A stretch of 35,037 nucleotides of DNA from the NCBI GenBank assembly GCA_049975265.1, contig JBNGDF010000025.1, positions 1 through 35,037 on the forward strand, in the 5' to 3' direction. This document shows positions 9,801-18,237 of this stretch, one piece after another; position 1 is the stretch's first letter, and the number at the start of each line of letters is the position of its first letter. A program made the position numbers and the translations under genes. Under the pieces are notes generated by a model that was given only the letters and a program-made list of their open reading frames with translations, did no database searches and was not told where the DNA came from. The stretch comes from Fidelibacterota bacterium (lineage in GTDB: Bacteria; Fidelibacterota; UBA2242).

Positions 9801-10291
9801 AGTGAATCATTGCTCATGGCGGGGGTTTCGCTGTTTACGTTAAAATAGCCAAAGACCGGATAAAGTCCCCACTCAATCTGCCCCGTGGGGTCTTTATCCA
9901 TCTCCTCCCGATACTGAGTCTGTAAAAAGTAAAGCGTATCAATAAGCCCCCGAGCTGACAGTAGGGCAACCGAATCTAGATCTGTAACCGGAATCGTGTC
10001 CCGGGTAATAAAAACCTGAGCGCCGATCAGCAATCCGATTCCGTCAACCATTTTGGTACCTTCATAGGTATCCGGCCATTTGGAAACCTCCACTTTCGGC
10101 CAGTCGGACAGCTGGGTAGTATTTTTGAAATACAGAAAAACCCGGTTACCGGTCATATATCCTTCGCGGATAGCCGCCGGATCACCGGCGGGGTCATCGG
10201 GTCCTTCATATATTTTACCCTGTCCTAACAGAATACCGGAAAGCAGAATTAAAGAACAGAGCAATGCATAAAATCCCGGCATTAATTTCAT
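6830..10291 (-). CDS. Large exported protein (~1150 aa) with acidic Ca-binding-like motifs, FN3-like domain and variant CTD
   Basis: Start moved to ATG 10291 (GGAGG upstream, signal peptide follows). It has DGIDNDWDGLIDE, DLNGNGVYD and DLNKNGQYD motifs and an FN3-like stretch AGDGRVILTWD...FEGYKLFR...YYYAIVAYD. The C-terminus is IKVVPNPY...FTNLP..CTIRIFTVSG...WDL...GMYIYHV...GKFAIIK. Confidence 0.8.
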   Translation of the reverse strand: MKLMPGFYALLCSLILLSGILLGQGKIYEGPDDPAGDPAAIREGYMTGNRVFLYFKNTTQLSDWPKVEVSKWPDTYEGTKMVDGIGLLIGAQVFITRDTIPVTDLDSVALLSARGLIDTLYFLQTQYREEMDKDPTGQIEWGLYPVFGYFNVNSETPAMSNDSLSWPPAGWPAAGDQLKWQGEWDGRFGRGVIYADLETYFVANDAQDQEYLGPEDRVKYYPRPGVFIGDKCPSCVTVQHGKPWGGIGIRVEQRGFQWNNPQARDAIFWEYNIANISDYTLPKVAFGYWVDNAIGDNVAGAGDDDELGYFDRSIDMAYSWDIDGIGQGGYPTGTMGFAYLESPGFHNDGIDNDWDGLIDEKRDNDAESEIGPYDGIANLADFLNFYRLTEADLKKHWDADEDQDWQDGEDLNGNGVYDAGEYAGDDIGLDGVAPGELNYFGPDEGECNHKPDYVEGIGCEPNFAATDVSESDMVGLTSFQLFPIQPHRPPYTKWFRNDKSMWEVIGSDTLIEYLGNISNLVETFASGPFPLFQGLRERISMSELHSYDPLEGLNSDEHSAPALFELKRIVQVIYEKDYRFAQPPKMPTLKATAGDGRVILTWDNIADTKTRDPFVGNVNDFEGYKLFRATDKKMSDAQVITDGYGTPMFMKPIFQCDKKDGRMGFTDFGLVNGMGYNLGTDSGIRHWFEDTNVQNGRTYYYAIVAYDYGAPDIGPGIAPSENNIIISLDEAENVKGYSKNVQVVTPHQKAAGYIPEEVVISADQEILGSGTVVPEIIANSSLKPGHDYEVSFGLDTLGVIDNYDHGVYYSNNSIRVFDVTDSTEVYLENSDNFTGTNLVYDDTLGNWYINTIGNIKTDVFDGLVVNIQMPVRTAQYNDAGSKWVVGSAPITVTPTKTESRYFPWDYDIIFTDDVSYTGKGSTSWIRDVDHVRQTRNLLTSENFNFYVVNRSFPDSLEIMDLIVHDLNKNGQYDILEDQIYAGALDSSGKWAGSVFAIDFRSAHGDADLLPKANDVYRVTFMRPFYITDKIRFNIVKTDSIDRQALRNTMKDIKVVPNPYVATNAMETSVANWFLNQRRRIMFTNLPSRCTIRIFTVSGVLVDVIRVNNSAENGIAHWDLLSRENLEVAAGMYIYHVQSELTKDEKVGKFAIIK

Positions 10292-10341
10292 TGATTTACG
10301 ACCTCCTCTGGCGTCTGTATTTGAGATAGGAATAGGCATCA

Positions 10342-13086
10342 TTAAAACTCGATTCCAAGACCGACTTTGATCAGCCGCGGTGCTGAATACATACCGGGAT
10401 CTTGAATCCGGTCGAGATAATCATTGAAAACACTCTTATGGCTGTTCAGATCGGTTTCCCGGATGATTGCCGTATAGGCTCGCCCGGTTTGACTGTTTAC
10501 CCAAACCTCATTCAGGCGATCGAACAGATTATAAATTGTAAGGGTCAGTTTGGTATTTATCCGCTCGGACAGCGCGATATTGTAGTGACCATTCAAGTCA
10601 AATCTGATTTGCGCCGGCATCTTGGAATTATTGGGTAATAAATTCACCCTGAACAGCATAGTGTTGCTCACCGGAGACCAGGTATAGGGCGTTCCCGATT
10701 CATAATAGCCGGTCAGGGTAGCGCCAAACTTTTTGGTATTATACCCCGTTGTAACATTCAGCGTATGACGCTGGTCCCAGGACATGGGAATCATCTGATT
10801 GACCGGGTCAATACTATCACCGGCACGGTTGTATGTCATGGTGGGATTATCGGCATTACCACGGGTATACTGAAGCGTATAGTTCAGGTTTACAAAAAAC
10901 TTGTGAAAGAGGTATTTGTACTTGACTTCCAGACCACGGACATTGCCATAATCCTTGTTGGTATACAGTCCGTATTCTGTTTGATTATATGTACTGACGA
11001 CCTTGACGCTCAGTAAATCGTAAATATCACGATAAAAGAGCGCCACTTCCAGATCCATCCCGTTCATCAATTCCTGCCACAACCCGATTTCGTACTGGAC
11101 TGTTTTCTGGGCGTTGATGGTGGGATTACCTAGAATAGTCGAATAGTCCGTTGGTGAAATCCGATAGGAATTACCAACATAGAGCGCATATCCCGGCGGC
11201 ATCTGAAAGAAGTGCCCATAACTAAAATGCAACACCGCCGCCGATCCCAACTGATATGAAAGCCCGAGGCGGGGACTGATTTGAGTCTTTGGTTTGGCAT
11301 AGACATAATCCGACATTTTTTCCGGATTGTCGGGAAATCGGATCTGATTGGCGGGGTTCCGCCATTGGGTCGGATAGCGTTTATCCGGCTCAAAATAGTC
11401 ATAGCGCACCCCAACATTGATAACCATGTTATCAAATTCCATTTTATCCTGAAGATAGACGGAATATTCAATGGGCTTCACATAAATGGTATCGGTGTAT
11501 ATCGTGGTATCATGCAGAGTCGTCGGTTCGTAATTGGGATAAATGATCTTTGTCTTCCCGTCAATCAGACGGATTTCAAACTCCCCTTCATGGTCCGTAT
11601 CTCTGTAAACATTTTGAATTTGACGCTCCTTGCTATCAATGATATGACCGGTATAGTGCAGACCGGTTTTAAAACTGTGATGTTTATTCATCTGCCAGGT
11701 CAAGTCAAATTTGGCATTTTTATCAATCATCGTCCGCATGGTGTGATGTTTCTGCTGACCACCGGTGAAAAAGCCAGGTCCGTCACTCTGATTGTAGACA
11801 TCATGGACGTAACAAGAATCGGTGGGATCCTTATAAACATAATCACCATAATAATTATCCACATAAGACAGCTTCAATTCATAAAACAGAGATTTGCCCA
11901 GCATATGGTTTATATTCAGGGCATACATTTTTGAAAAACGGCGCGGTGTTGCCACCCCATCGGGATTATATTTGTACTGGTGATTGTACTGCCCCCAGAG
12001 ATTTTTATTAATGGTTGTCAATAATGAAATTTTAACATTTTCAAACAACCGAGAAGATAACTTACCCATAAATGATGATTCGATATTACGGTTCATGGGG
12101 ACATAGGCGCTGTCGCCATTAAATTCATAATACCACAACGCCGGATTATCTTCGCCGTAATAGCTAAAATCATCTACATTAAACAAGCGGTAGCCGTTGA
12201 GATGGTTTTTATTATCCTGATGGCGAAAATTGACCAGAAAAAACAGCCGGTCTTTCAGTATCGGTCCGCTGAGATTGAGCTTATAATCCTGGTTACGGGT
12301 AATTTCATCCGGTTTCAGACCGATGAAGATATCATCATGAGGCGTGTAATAATTGCCCAGCGCTCCTGACACTAATCCATGAAAAGTATTATCACCAACT
12401 TTGGTTACGGCATTCACTATCCCGCTCATGGCTTTACCATATTCGGCATTGAAAGTACCGGTGATAACCTCCAGGTCCTGAATGGACTCCGGCTCCAAAT
12501 CCACCGACCGACCCTCGCCGCCAAATCCTTCATCCACCGGAATCCCATCAATCATGTAGGATACTTCCGTTGGACGCCCTCCCCGGAAATGACCTTTTAC
12601 CACACCGGCTTGCATGGATACCACATCCGTAATACTTTCGACCGGCAGCGCTTCAATTTCATCTGACGATACATTTTTAACTGTACTGGTCTGATCCTTC
12701 CTGACCGAAATTTTCTGGGCGGTTACAATTACCTCTTTACCCTCAAGTACGGTTGAAGTCATCCCGATTTCCAGATACTCGGTTCGATTTACTGACACTT
12801 GGACATTCTGTACCGTAACAGGATTGTATCCAATCATCTGCGCCCTTACCGAATAGGTGCTCGGTCTGACATTGATAATATAGAAATCGCCCTTTTCATC
12901 TGCCGCCGCCCCCAGTGACGTCCCAACCAGAATAATGTTTGCGCCCGGTAAAGCGTCCCCGGTTGCTTTATCAAATATCCGCCCGGATATTTTACCGGTG
13001 GTCTGGGAAAAGCTTGTTATCGAACCGATCACCACCATCAAAGCGATCCAAAAACATTTGCATTTGAAATTTGTTAATCGGACCAT
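10342..13086 (-). CDS. TonB-dependent receptor (CarboxypepD_reg-like N-domain, plug, beta-barrel), non-SusC type
   Basis: Start moved to ATG 13086 (AAGGA upstream). Motifs are TTGKISGRIFD...LPGANI, the plug FRGGR...YMIDGIPV and VITGTFNAEYG, YLQDKME...NVGVRYDYF and SPRLGLSY, with terminal Phe. Confidence 0.92.
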   Translation of the reverse strand: MVRLTNFKCKCFWIALMVVIGSITSFSQTTGKISGRIFDKATGDALPGANIILVGTSLGAAADEKGDFYIINVRPSTYSVRAQMIGYNPVTVQNVQVSVNRTEYLEIGMTSTVLEGKEVIVTAQKISVRKDQTSTVKNVSSDEIEALPVESITDVVSMQAGVVKGHFRGGRPTEVSYMIDGIPVDEGFGGEGRSVDLEPESIQDLEVITGTFNAEYGKAMSGIVNAVTKVGDNTFHGLVSGALGNYYTPHDDIFIGLKPDEITRNQDYKLNLSGPILKDRLFFLVNFRHQDNKNHLNGYRLFNVDDFSYYGEDNPALWYYEFNGDSAYVPMNRNIESSFMGKLSSRLFENVKISLLTTINKNLWGQYNHQYKYNPDGVATPRRFSKMYALNINHMLGKSLFYELKLSYVDNYYGDYVYKDPTDSCYVHDVYNQSDGPGFFTGGQQKHHTMRTMIDKNAKFDLTWQMNKHHSFKTGLHYTGHIIDSKERQIQNVYRDTDHEGEFEIRLIDGKTKIIYPNYEPTTLHDTTIYTDTIYVKPIEYSVYLQDKMEFDNMVINVGVRYDYFEPDKRYPTQWRNPANQIRFPDNPEKMSDYVYAKPKTQISPRLGLSYQLGSAAVLHFSYGHFFQMPPGYALYVGNSYRISPTDYSTILGNPTINAQKTVQYEIGLWQELMNGMDLEVALFYRDIYDLLSVKVVSTYNQTEYGLYTNKDYGNVRGLEVKYKYLFHKFFVNLNYTLQYTRGNADNPTMTYNRAGDSIDPVNQMIPMSWDQRHTLNVTTGYNTKKFGATLTGYYESGTPYTWSPVSNTMLFRVNLLPNNSKMPAQIRFDLNGHYNIALSERINTKLTLTIYNLFDRLNEVWVNSQTGRAYTAIIRETDLNSHKSVFNDYLDRIQDPGMYSAPRLIKVGLGIEF

Positions 13087-13183
13087 GCTCTTTTCCTTAA
13101 AGGGTATTGTCTGTGATAGCATTTGATATAAAAAAGAAGATTCCCGCTGAAAATTCATTTTGAAGTATGTCTTGACAATTAAC

Positions 13184-13208
13184 GGGGTGCGGTCAGAAAC
13201 CGCACCCC
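13184..13208. terminator. Strong intergenic hairpin (terminator or mRNA-stabilising stem-loop)
   Basis: GGGGTGCGGT-CAGAA-ACCGCACCCC is a perfect 10-bp stem, 20 nt past the stop of the CBM protein gene. The U-tract on the minus strand is poor (GTTAATT). Confidence 0.65.
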
Positions 13209-13228
13209 TATTATACTTCATTGTAATG

Positions 13229-15697
13229 CTATTTCACAAGCATCATTTTCCTGGTCTGCTTGAATACGCCGGATTGAATCTGATAAAAGTAGATTCCTGA
13301 AGGAAGATTTTCAGCGTTCCAAACTACGTTGTAAGTTCCCATCACCTGATAATCGTTTACAAGCTCGGCGACCTGTTGCCCAACCATATTGAAAATTCGG
13401 ATCGTCACATTTCCGGAGCGTGGAATGGTGTACCTGATCTGTGTTGTGGGATTAAAAGGATTCGGGTAATTCTGCTCCAGGCGGTAAGATTGCAGTAGCT
13501 GACGATTATCGCCGGCTATCCCTGTTGTGGCGACATGAGTTGTATCACCGATCCAGGTATAACTCCACTCGGTCGGTGACTGCCAGGCATGATCGGTATT
13601 GAACGGCGACCAAGCCAGATTACCATCCCAGGCACCATCATTGTCATGGAAGTAGAGTTCAATCGGAATCCGCATACCCCGCTTCGGATAAAACCGTTCA
13701 TCTTCGGGACCGGCGATGGAATCCAGCGGAATCTTGGTCTCAATCACATAGTCAGATCCGCCAAAATCCTCCAGGTGGAAGAGCGGATCATCAACCGTCC
13801 AGATAGTATTGCCAATATACTCATTCACCAATCCGTTGGCATGCATCTGCAGTTTATAATCCGGTTCGGCACCCCGCTTATTGGACGTGTGTTTGGCGCC
13901 GCGGGAATCGTACAGCCCGATGAAGAACTCAAAGGCATCCTGATTCCACCATTCACCTTCACCAAAGTTATAAACATCATCAATCACATCCGCAGCAACA
14001 TACAGATAATCATCATCAATCGCCAGAAATACCGTAGCGGTCAGGTCCGCTTCATCGGTTACTGTTCCCACTGCCACGTTATCGGTTTCCGGTTTGAGGA
14101 CCCAGGGCGTGATATCACTGTCATACCATTCGGTCAGATCACCGTCAACCGTAAAAGTAGCCGGCACATCGAGTGAAATGGTCGGAATACCTTTTGCCGT
14201 ATTGGTAATCGCTCCCGAAACTCCCGGAGGTCCGTCATTTCCAAAGGCATCAAGACAGACAACGGCATAATAATAGGTCATGTCGTGATCCTCGAGCGGG
14301 TAATAGAGGTAATGAATCGCATTCTGAGTGCCTTCATATACTCCCACAGCCACGGTTTCCACATTCGGTGCGGTGATATCGGTAATCGGCTCTTCACTGG
14401 CGTAAACATTATAGGTTTCACCGTCTTCACCCACATTATCCTGCCAGATAACCAGATTGTAATATTCAGTGGACTGAACGGCGTCAACTCCCTGAACCTC
14501 CTCGGTTCCGGTAATATCAATGATCGGATTGCCGGTCCAGACATAATCAAACAAAATGGTATTTCCCACAACCGCATTACCAAACGCCATAAACTGAAAC
14601 ACGGAAACACTTGAAGAATCGAAATTACTGGTTCCCTCATTATAGAAGAAATCGGTCAATTTCATGGCGTACTCATGCCATTCACCGTCATCAATAGGGT
14701 TAATTTTATAAGCCCTTTTGGCAGTGCCATCTTCGAACTGAAACATAATAGTATCGGTACCGGTACTCGCCTTCATGGCAAATTTTAAGGAATCCACTCC
14801 CCACGACATCGTCATATCCTGAGGCGGATCAATATTAAAACCGGCACCGGACCAGCCGTTACCCCACTCATCGCCCTGGACCCATTTCAGAGCATTAGAG
14901 CCGTCTATACCGGTCCCCTCCTCGACCTCAAGGGTGGATTGTCCCCAGGTAAATTGACCCAGCTTGACATTAAGGGCTTCGCCGGTAAAAATGACAAATG
15001 GCGCTGCCACCGCTCCCGTCAGTTTCAAATCATCCAGAATGAATGCTCCGTGCACCCGTTCACCGGTTCCACCGCCGTTAATCGAGACTTCAAAGGAAAA
15101 TCCTTTGATTTTGTGAAGATCGAGAGTTGCATTGCCGTTAATGCCAGACCAGCCGGTCAGGTTGAAACCGTTGCCATCCCAGGAATCATTACTCAACAGC
15201 GGCAATTGAATCTTCTGCCAGCCCGGTGCTTCGTCCATGATGTAGTGAAAGGAATAATAATACTCACACTGATTGACATCATAGGTCTTATTACCTTCCG
15301 GAGAATCGCTGACATCGTGGAGATTCAAACGCAGATGCACCCGTGCCGCTGCCGAAGCCGGTAATTCATTGTAATACATGAATGAAATGGAATCGTAACC
15401 GGTAAAATCATAGGTCGAATTTGAATCGGGATTCCAGTGTTCCAGTTTGACGAAACCGCCCCAGCTCTCGCTGTTTTGAGCGCTGTAGACCACCCTAAAG
15501 GCACTGTCACCTGCTGCAACCGGGTCCGCCACCATGGAATATTCCATATAGGATGAATCTGCAATCGCATTATCACCCATATAAATAGCCCAGTAGTTGG
15601 TGTCCGGAGCCGCCTCAAATCCGTTGATTACTTTCTGCCCGTAGGTGATACCGACAGCCAGCATCAACACCACCACAATTAACAATTGTTTCTTCAC
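13229..15697 (-). CDS. Non-catalytic multi-module carbohydrate-binding protein (two CBM11/CIA30-like beta-sandwiches, FN3-like, CBM9/DOMON-like) with T9SS type A CTD
   Basis: GTG 15697 after GGAGGAG, then a signal peptide. Trp/Tyr- and Asp-rich modules. VDGDLTEW...DDDYLYVAADVIDD...DAFEFFI...ETKIPL is CBM9-like. The C-terminus is LEQNYPNPFNP...SGIYFYQI...TRKMMLVK. Confidence 0.8.
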   Translation of the reverse strand: MKKQLLIVVVLMLAVGITYGQKVINGFEAAPDTNYWAIYMGDNAIADSSYMEYSMVADPVAAGDSAFRVVYSAQNSESWGGFVKLEHWNPDSNSTYDFTGYDSISFMYYNELPASAAARVHLRLNLHDVSDSPEGNKTYDVNQCEYYYSFHYIMDEAPGWQKIQLPLLSNDSWDGNGFNLTGWSGINGNATLDLHKIKGFSFEVSINGGGTGERVHGAFILDDLKLTGAVAAPFVIFTGEALNVKLGQFTWGQSTLEVEEGTGIDGSNALKWVQGDEWGNGWSGAGFNIDPPQDMTMSWGVDSLKFAMKASTGTDTIMFQFEDGTAKRAYKINPIDDGEWHEYAMKLTDFFYNEGTSNFDSSSVSVFQFMAFGNAVVGNTILFDYVWTGNPIIDITGTEEVQGVDAVQSTEYYNLVIWQDNVGEDGETYNVYASEEPITDITAPNVETVAVGVYEGTQNAIHYLYYPLEDHDMTYYYAVVCLDAFGNDGPPGVSGAITNTAKGIPTISLDVPATFTVDGDLTEWYDSDITPWVLKPETDNVAVGTVTDEADLTATVFLAIDDDYLYVAADVIDDVYNFGEGEWWNQDAFEFFIGLYDSRGAKHTSNKRGAEPDYKLQMHANGLVNEYIGNTIWTVDDPLFHLEDFGGSDYVIETKIPLDSIAGPEDERFYPKRGMRIPIELYFHDNDGAWDGNLAWSPFNTDHAWQSPTEWSYTWIGDTTHVATTGIAGDNRQLLQSYRLEQNYPNPFNPTTQIRYTIPRSGNVTIRIFNMVGQQVAELVNDYQVMGTYNVVWNAENLPSGIYFYQIQSGVFKQTRKMMLVK

Positions 15698-15828
15698 TTT
15701 CTCCTCCTGCATTTTTTACTTATTGAATCTGTTTTTCGAAACACTCACACCCATTCCTCACAGGTGTTTTCTCTACTATCGCAAATCCATTTTTTTCGAT
15801 AATGTTATATCCATTGCCATTTCCACTC

Positions 15829-15844
15829 ACAAAAAACAGGCCAA
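15829..15844 (-). promoter_or_regulatory. Candidate sigma54 (-24/-12) promoter for the CBM-TBDR-PorV operon
   Basis: Minus strand TTGGCCTGTTTTTTGT (GG-N10-GT), 14/16 identical to the element at 19900-19915. Confidence 0.7.
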
Positions 15845-15920
15845 CATTTTTTTTCATTCCGTTCAAATCTCCGACCGTCAGATAGAGTGATAATACAAGC
15901 CGGATGAGAATAATTTGGAA

Positions 15921-15958
15921 TTATCAGAATAATAAGCAAATCCTTATCCAATTAATAA
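15921..15958. promoter_or_regulatory. Tandem palindromic sites (candidate enhancer/UAS)
   Basis: TTATC-AGAAT-AATAA (15921-15935) and TTATC-CAATT-AATAA (15944-15958), 23 bp apart and ~80-115 bp upstream of the -24 element. Confidence 0.65.
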
Positions 15959-15983
15959 TAAACCTTTGACTTCCATGATTGAC

Positions 15984-18224
15984 TCATTCCAGGATAAATT
16001 TTCGGGTCAGTCTGGCAATCTCAACCGTAAACTCTCCGGGTTCTGTGATTCTGGTGTTCTCCCGACCAACAAATGCTAAATCCAAATGGTTCAGAGTAAA
16101 ATCAACCGTCCGGGTTTGCCCCGGATCCAAATAAATTTTCTGAAACCTCTTCAATCTTTTCACCGGCGGTGTAACCGATGCGACTTGATCGCTTACATAA
16201 AGCTGTACCACCTCCTGACCTCCACGATCACCGACATTTGTCACATCCACCGAAATCCTGATCCCGCTGTCAGGATTATAAACCGTGGTATCTAACCGGA
16301 GATTGGAATATTCAAAAGTGGTATAGCTTAATCCGAAACCGAAAGACCACTGAACATCATAATCGTTAACATCCACTACTTCACTGGTTTTGTGATCATA
16401 GGTCATCAGTGAGTTTGGATATCGCGGATAAGAAATCGGCAATTTCCCGCCGGGATTGACATCACCGAACAGTACATCGGCAATCGCCGGACCCCCTTCC
16501 AATCCCGGCAGGTAAGCCATTACGATCGCATCCGCCAGATCAACAATTTCACTGATAATCCGCGGTCTGCCCTCAGCCAGGACCAGCACGATCGGAACTC
16601 CGGTTTTTGAAATGGCTTTTACCAGCTCCAGCTGCGGCTTCGTCATTGTCAGATCGTCAATATTACCGGGAGTCTCACAATAGGCTGGTTCCCCGATACA
16701 GATAACCGCTACATCCGCATTTTGAGCCATTTGTACGGCTTGCGGAATATCTATTACCGTATCAAATGCCACTCCGGGTATATAACTGGTTTGCTCTTCT
16801 CCGGTTTTTACCCTGATCGCTTCCAAAATAGTCAATTTTTCCGATGGATAGAGAGTCTCCTCATTGCCCTGCCATGTAATCGTCCAGCCACCATTTAGTG
16901 CTGACAGAGAGTTCGCTGTCGGTCCGGTAACAAACACCCTTCGGTTTTTTGTCAGCGGTAAGATATGGTTATGGTTTTTAAGCAGCGTAATCGCTTCTGC
17001 CGCCGCCTGGTGGTTCAGCGCCTGTGCCTCCGCCGACGCAATCAATTGAACGGCATGCGGTTCCGGATAGGGATTATCGAACAAACCCAACTGAAATTTT
17101 ACTTTGAGAATACGACTGACTGCCTCATCAATCCGCGCCAGTGGCACACTGCCCTCATTAACCAGCTCCAGCAATAGTTCGTAAAAACTGTAATCATAGG
17201 GCACCATACTCATGTCAACACCCGCCATGACCGCCATTTTGACTGCCTCTTTCTGACTGGCAGCTACTTTCTCACGCCGGTAGAGATTATTAATATCGTT
17301 CCAATCTGATACCACAAAACCCTTAAAGCCAAGCTCGCCCCGTAACAAATCCGTTAATAGAAAATGACTGGAATGCACGGGAATTCCGTTTATTTCGCTG
17401 CTGTTTGCCATAATTGTTGCCACTCCGGCATTAACGGCGGCTCGATAGGGCGGCACAAATAGTTCCCGCAACATCCGTTCGGGAATCCAAGCAGGGGTTC
17501 GGTCCTTCCCGGAAAACGGGAAGCTGTCTCCGAGATAATGTTTGGCACAACCCGCAACTCTGTCGGAAGCCGAAAAGTCGGCACCCTGCAAGCCTTTTAT
17601 ATATCCCTCTCCCAGCACACTCACAAGGAAGACATCTTCCCCAAAAGTCTCAAAAAGTCGAGGCCACAACGGTTGCCTGCCCACCCCCAGTACCGGATTG
17701 AAATTCCAGGGAATCCCGCAGGCGCGCACTTCCCGTGCCGTGATTTCGGCACTTCTCCGGACCAGCTCCGGATTCCAGGTGGCTGCCATGGCTATGTTTT
17801 GGGGAAAAATCGTTGCCCCCAGTGTATAATTGGCTCCATGAATGGCGTCAATGCCATAAATTACCGGAATCCCCAGACGGGTTTCCTCTATCGCAATGTT
17901 CTGAATCTGAGTAATCAGCTCCTGCCAGTATTCCGGCGAATGCGCCACATCCCAGACATTCAGAATAGACCCCACGTGGTACCGGGTAATCGCCTCCACC
18001 AGTTTCTCCCGGTCAATTTCATGTTTTTGATCAACGGTACCCCGTGTTTTTGAAACAACCTGGATCGAAATCTGGGTCATTTGCCCGATCTTTTCTTCCA
18101 GCGTCATCTGCGCCAACAACTGTTTAACCTTTGCGTCAACAGTTTTATCCTGCCGCACCTGACAGCTACTCAGAGTAATAAACAAAGCCAATAATATCAA
18201 TCCGCTCCATCGTTTTAATTTCAT
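15984..18224 (-). CDS. GH3 beta-glucosidase (BglX-like), lipoprotein
   Basis: ATG 18224, 8 nt after GGAGG. Lipobox LSSC. Motifs MTLEEKIGQ, DAIHG, ETFGED, CAKHY and GFVVSDW (nucleophile), with a C-terminal Fn3-like EVVQLYV domain. Confidence 0.95.
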   Translation of the reverse strand: MKLKRWSGLILLALFITLSSCQVRQDKTVDAKVKQLLAQMTLEEKIGQMTQISIQVVSKTRGTVDQKHEIDREKLVEAITRYHVGSILNVWDVAHSPEYWQELITQIQNIAIEETRLGIPVIYGIDAIHGANYTLGATIFPQNIAMAATWNPELVRRSAEITAREVRACGIPWNFNPVLGVGRQPLWPRLFETFGEDVFLVSVLGEGYIKGLQGADFSASDRVAGCAKHYLGDSFPFSGKDRTPAWIPERMLRELFVPPYRAAVNAGVATIMANSSEINGIPVHSSHFLLTDLLRGELGFKGFVVSDWNDINNLYRREKVAASQKEAVKMAVMAGVDMSMVPYDYSFYELLLELVNEGSVPLARIDEAVSRILKVKFQLGLFDNPYPEPHAVQLIASAEAQALNHQAAAEAITLLKNHNHILPLTKNRRVFVTGPTANSLSALNGGWTITWQGNEETLYPSEKLTILEAIRVKTGEEQTSYIPGVAFDTVIDIPQAVQMAQNADVAVICIGEPAYCETPGNIDDLTMTKPQLELVKAISKTGVPIVLVLAEGRPRIISEIVDLADAIVMAYLPGLEGGPAIADVLFGDVNPGGKLPISYPRYPNSLMTYDHKTSEVVDVNDYDVQWSFGFGLSYTTFEYSNLRLDTTVYNPDSGIRISVDVTNVGDRGGQEVVQLYVSDQVASVTPPVKRLKRFQKIYLDPGQTRTVDFTLNHLDLAFVGRENTRITEPGEFTVEIARLTRKFILE

Positions 18225-18237
18225 GCGCAAAACCTCC

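Noticed and set aside
10342..13086. Calling the receptor susC and the neighbour susD
   Set aside because: The SusC signature is absent, and the neighbour is not a TPR-containing lipoprotein.
13087..13221. N-terminal extension of the TBDR ORF to 13221
   Set aside because: It runs through the intergenic hairpin. The RBS and signal peptide fit ATG 13086.
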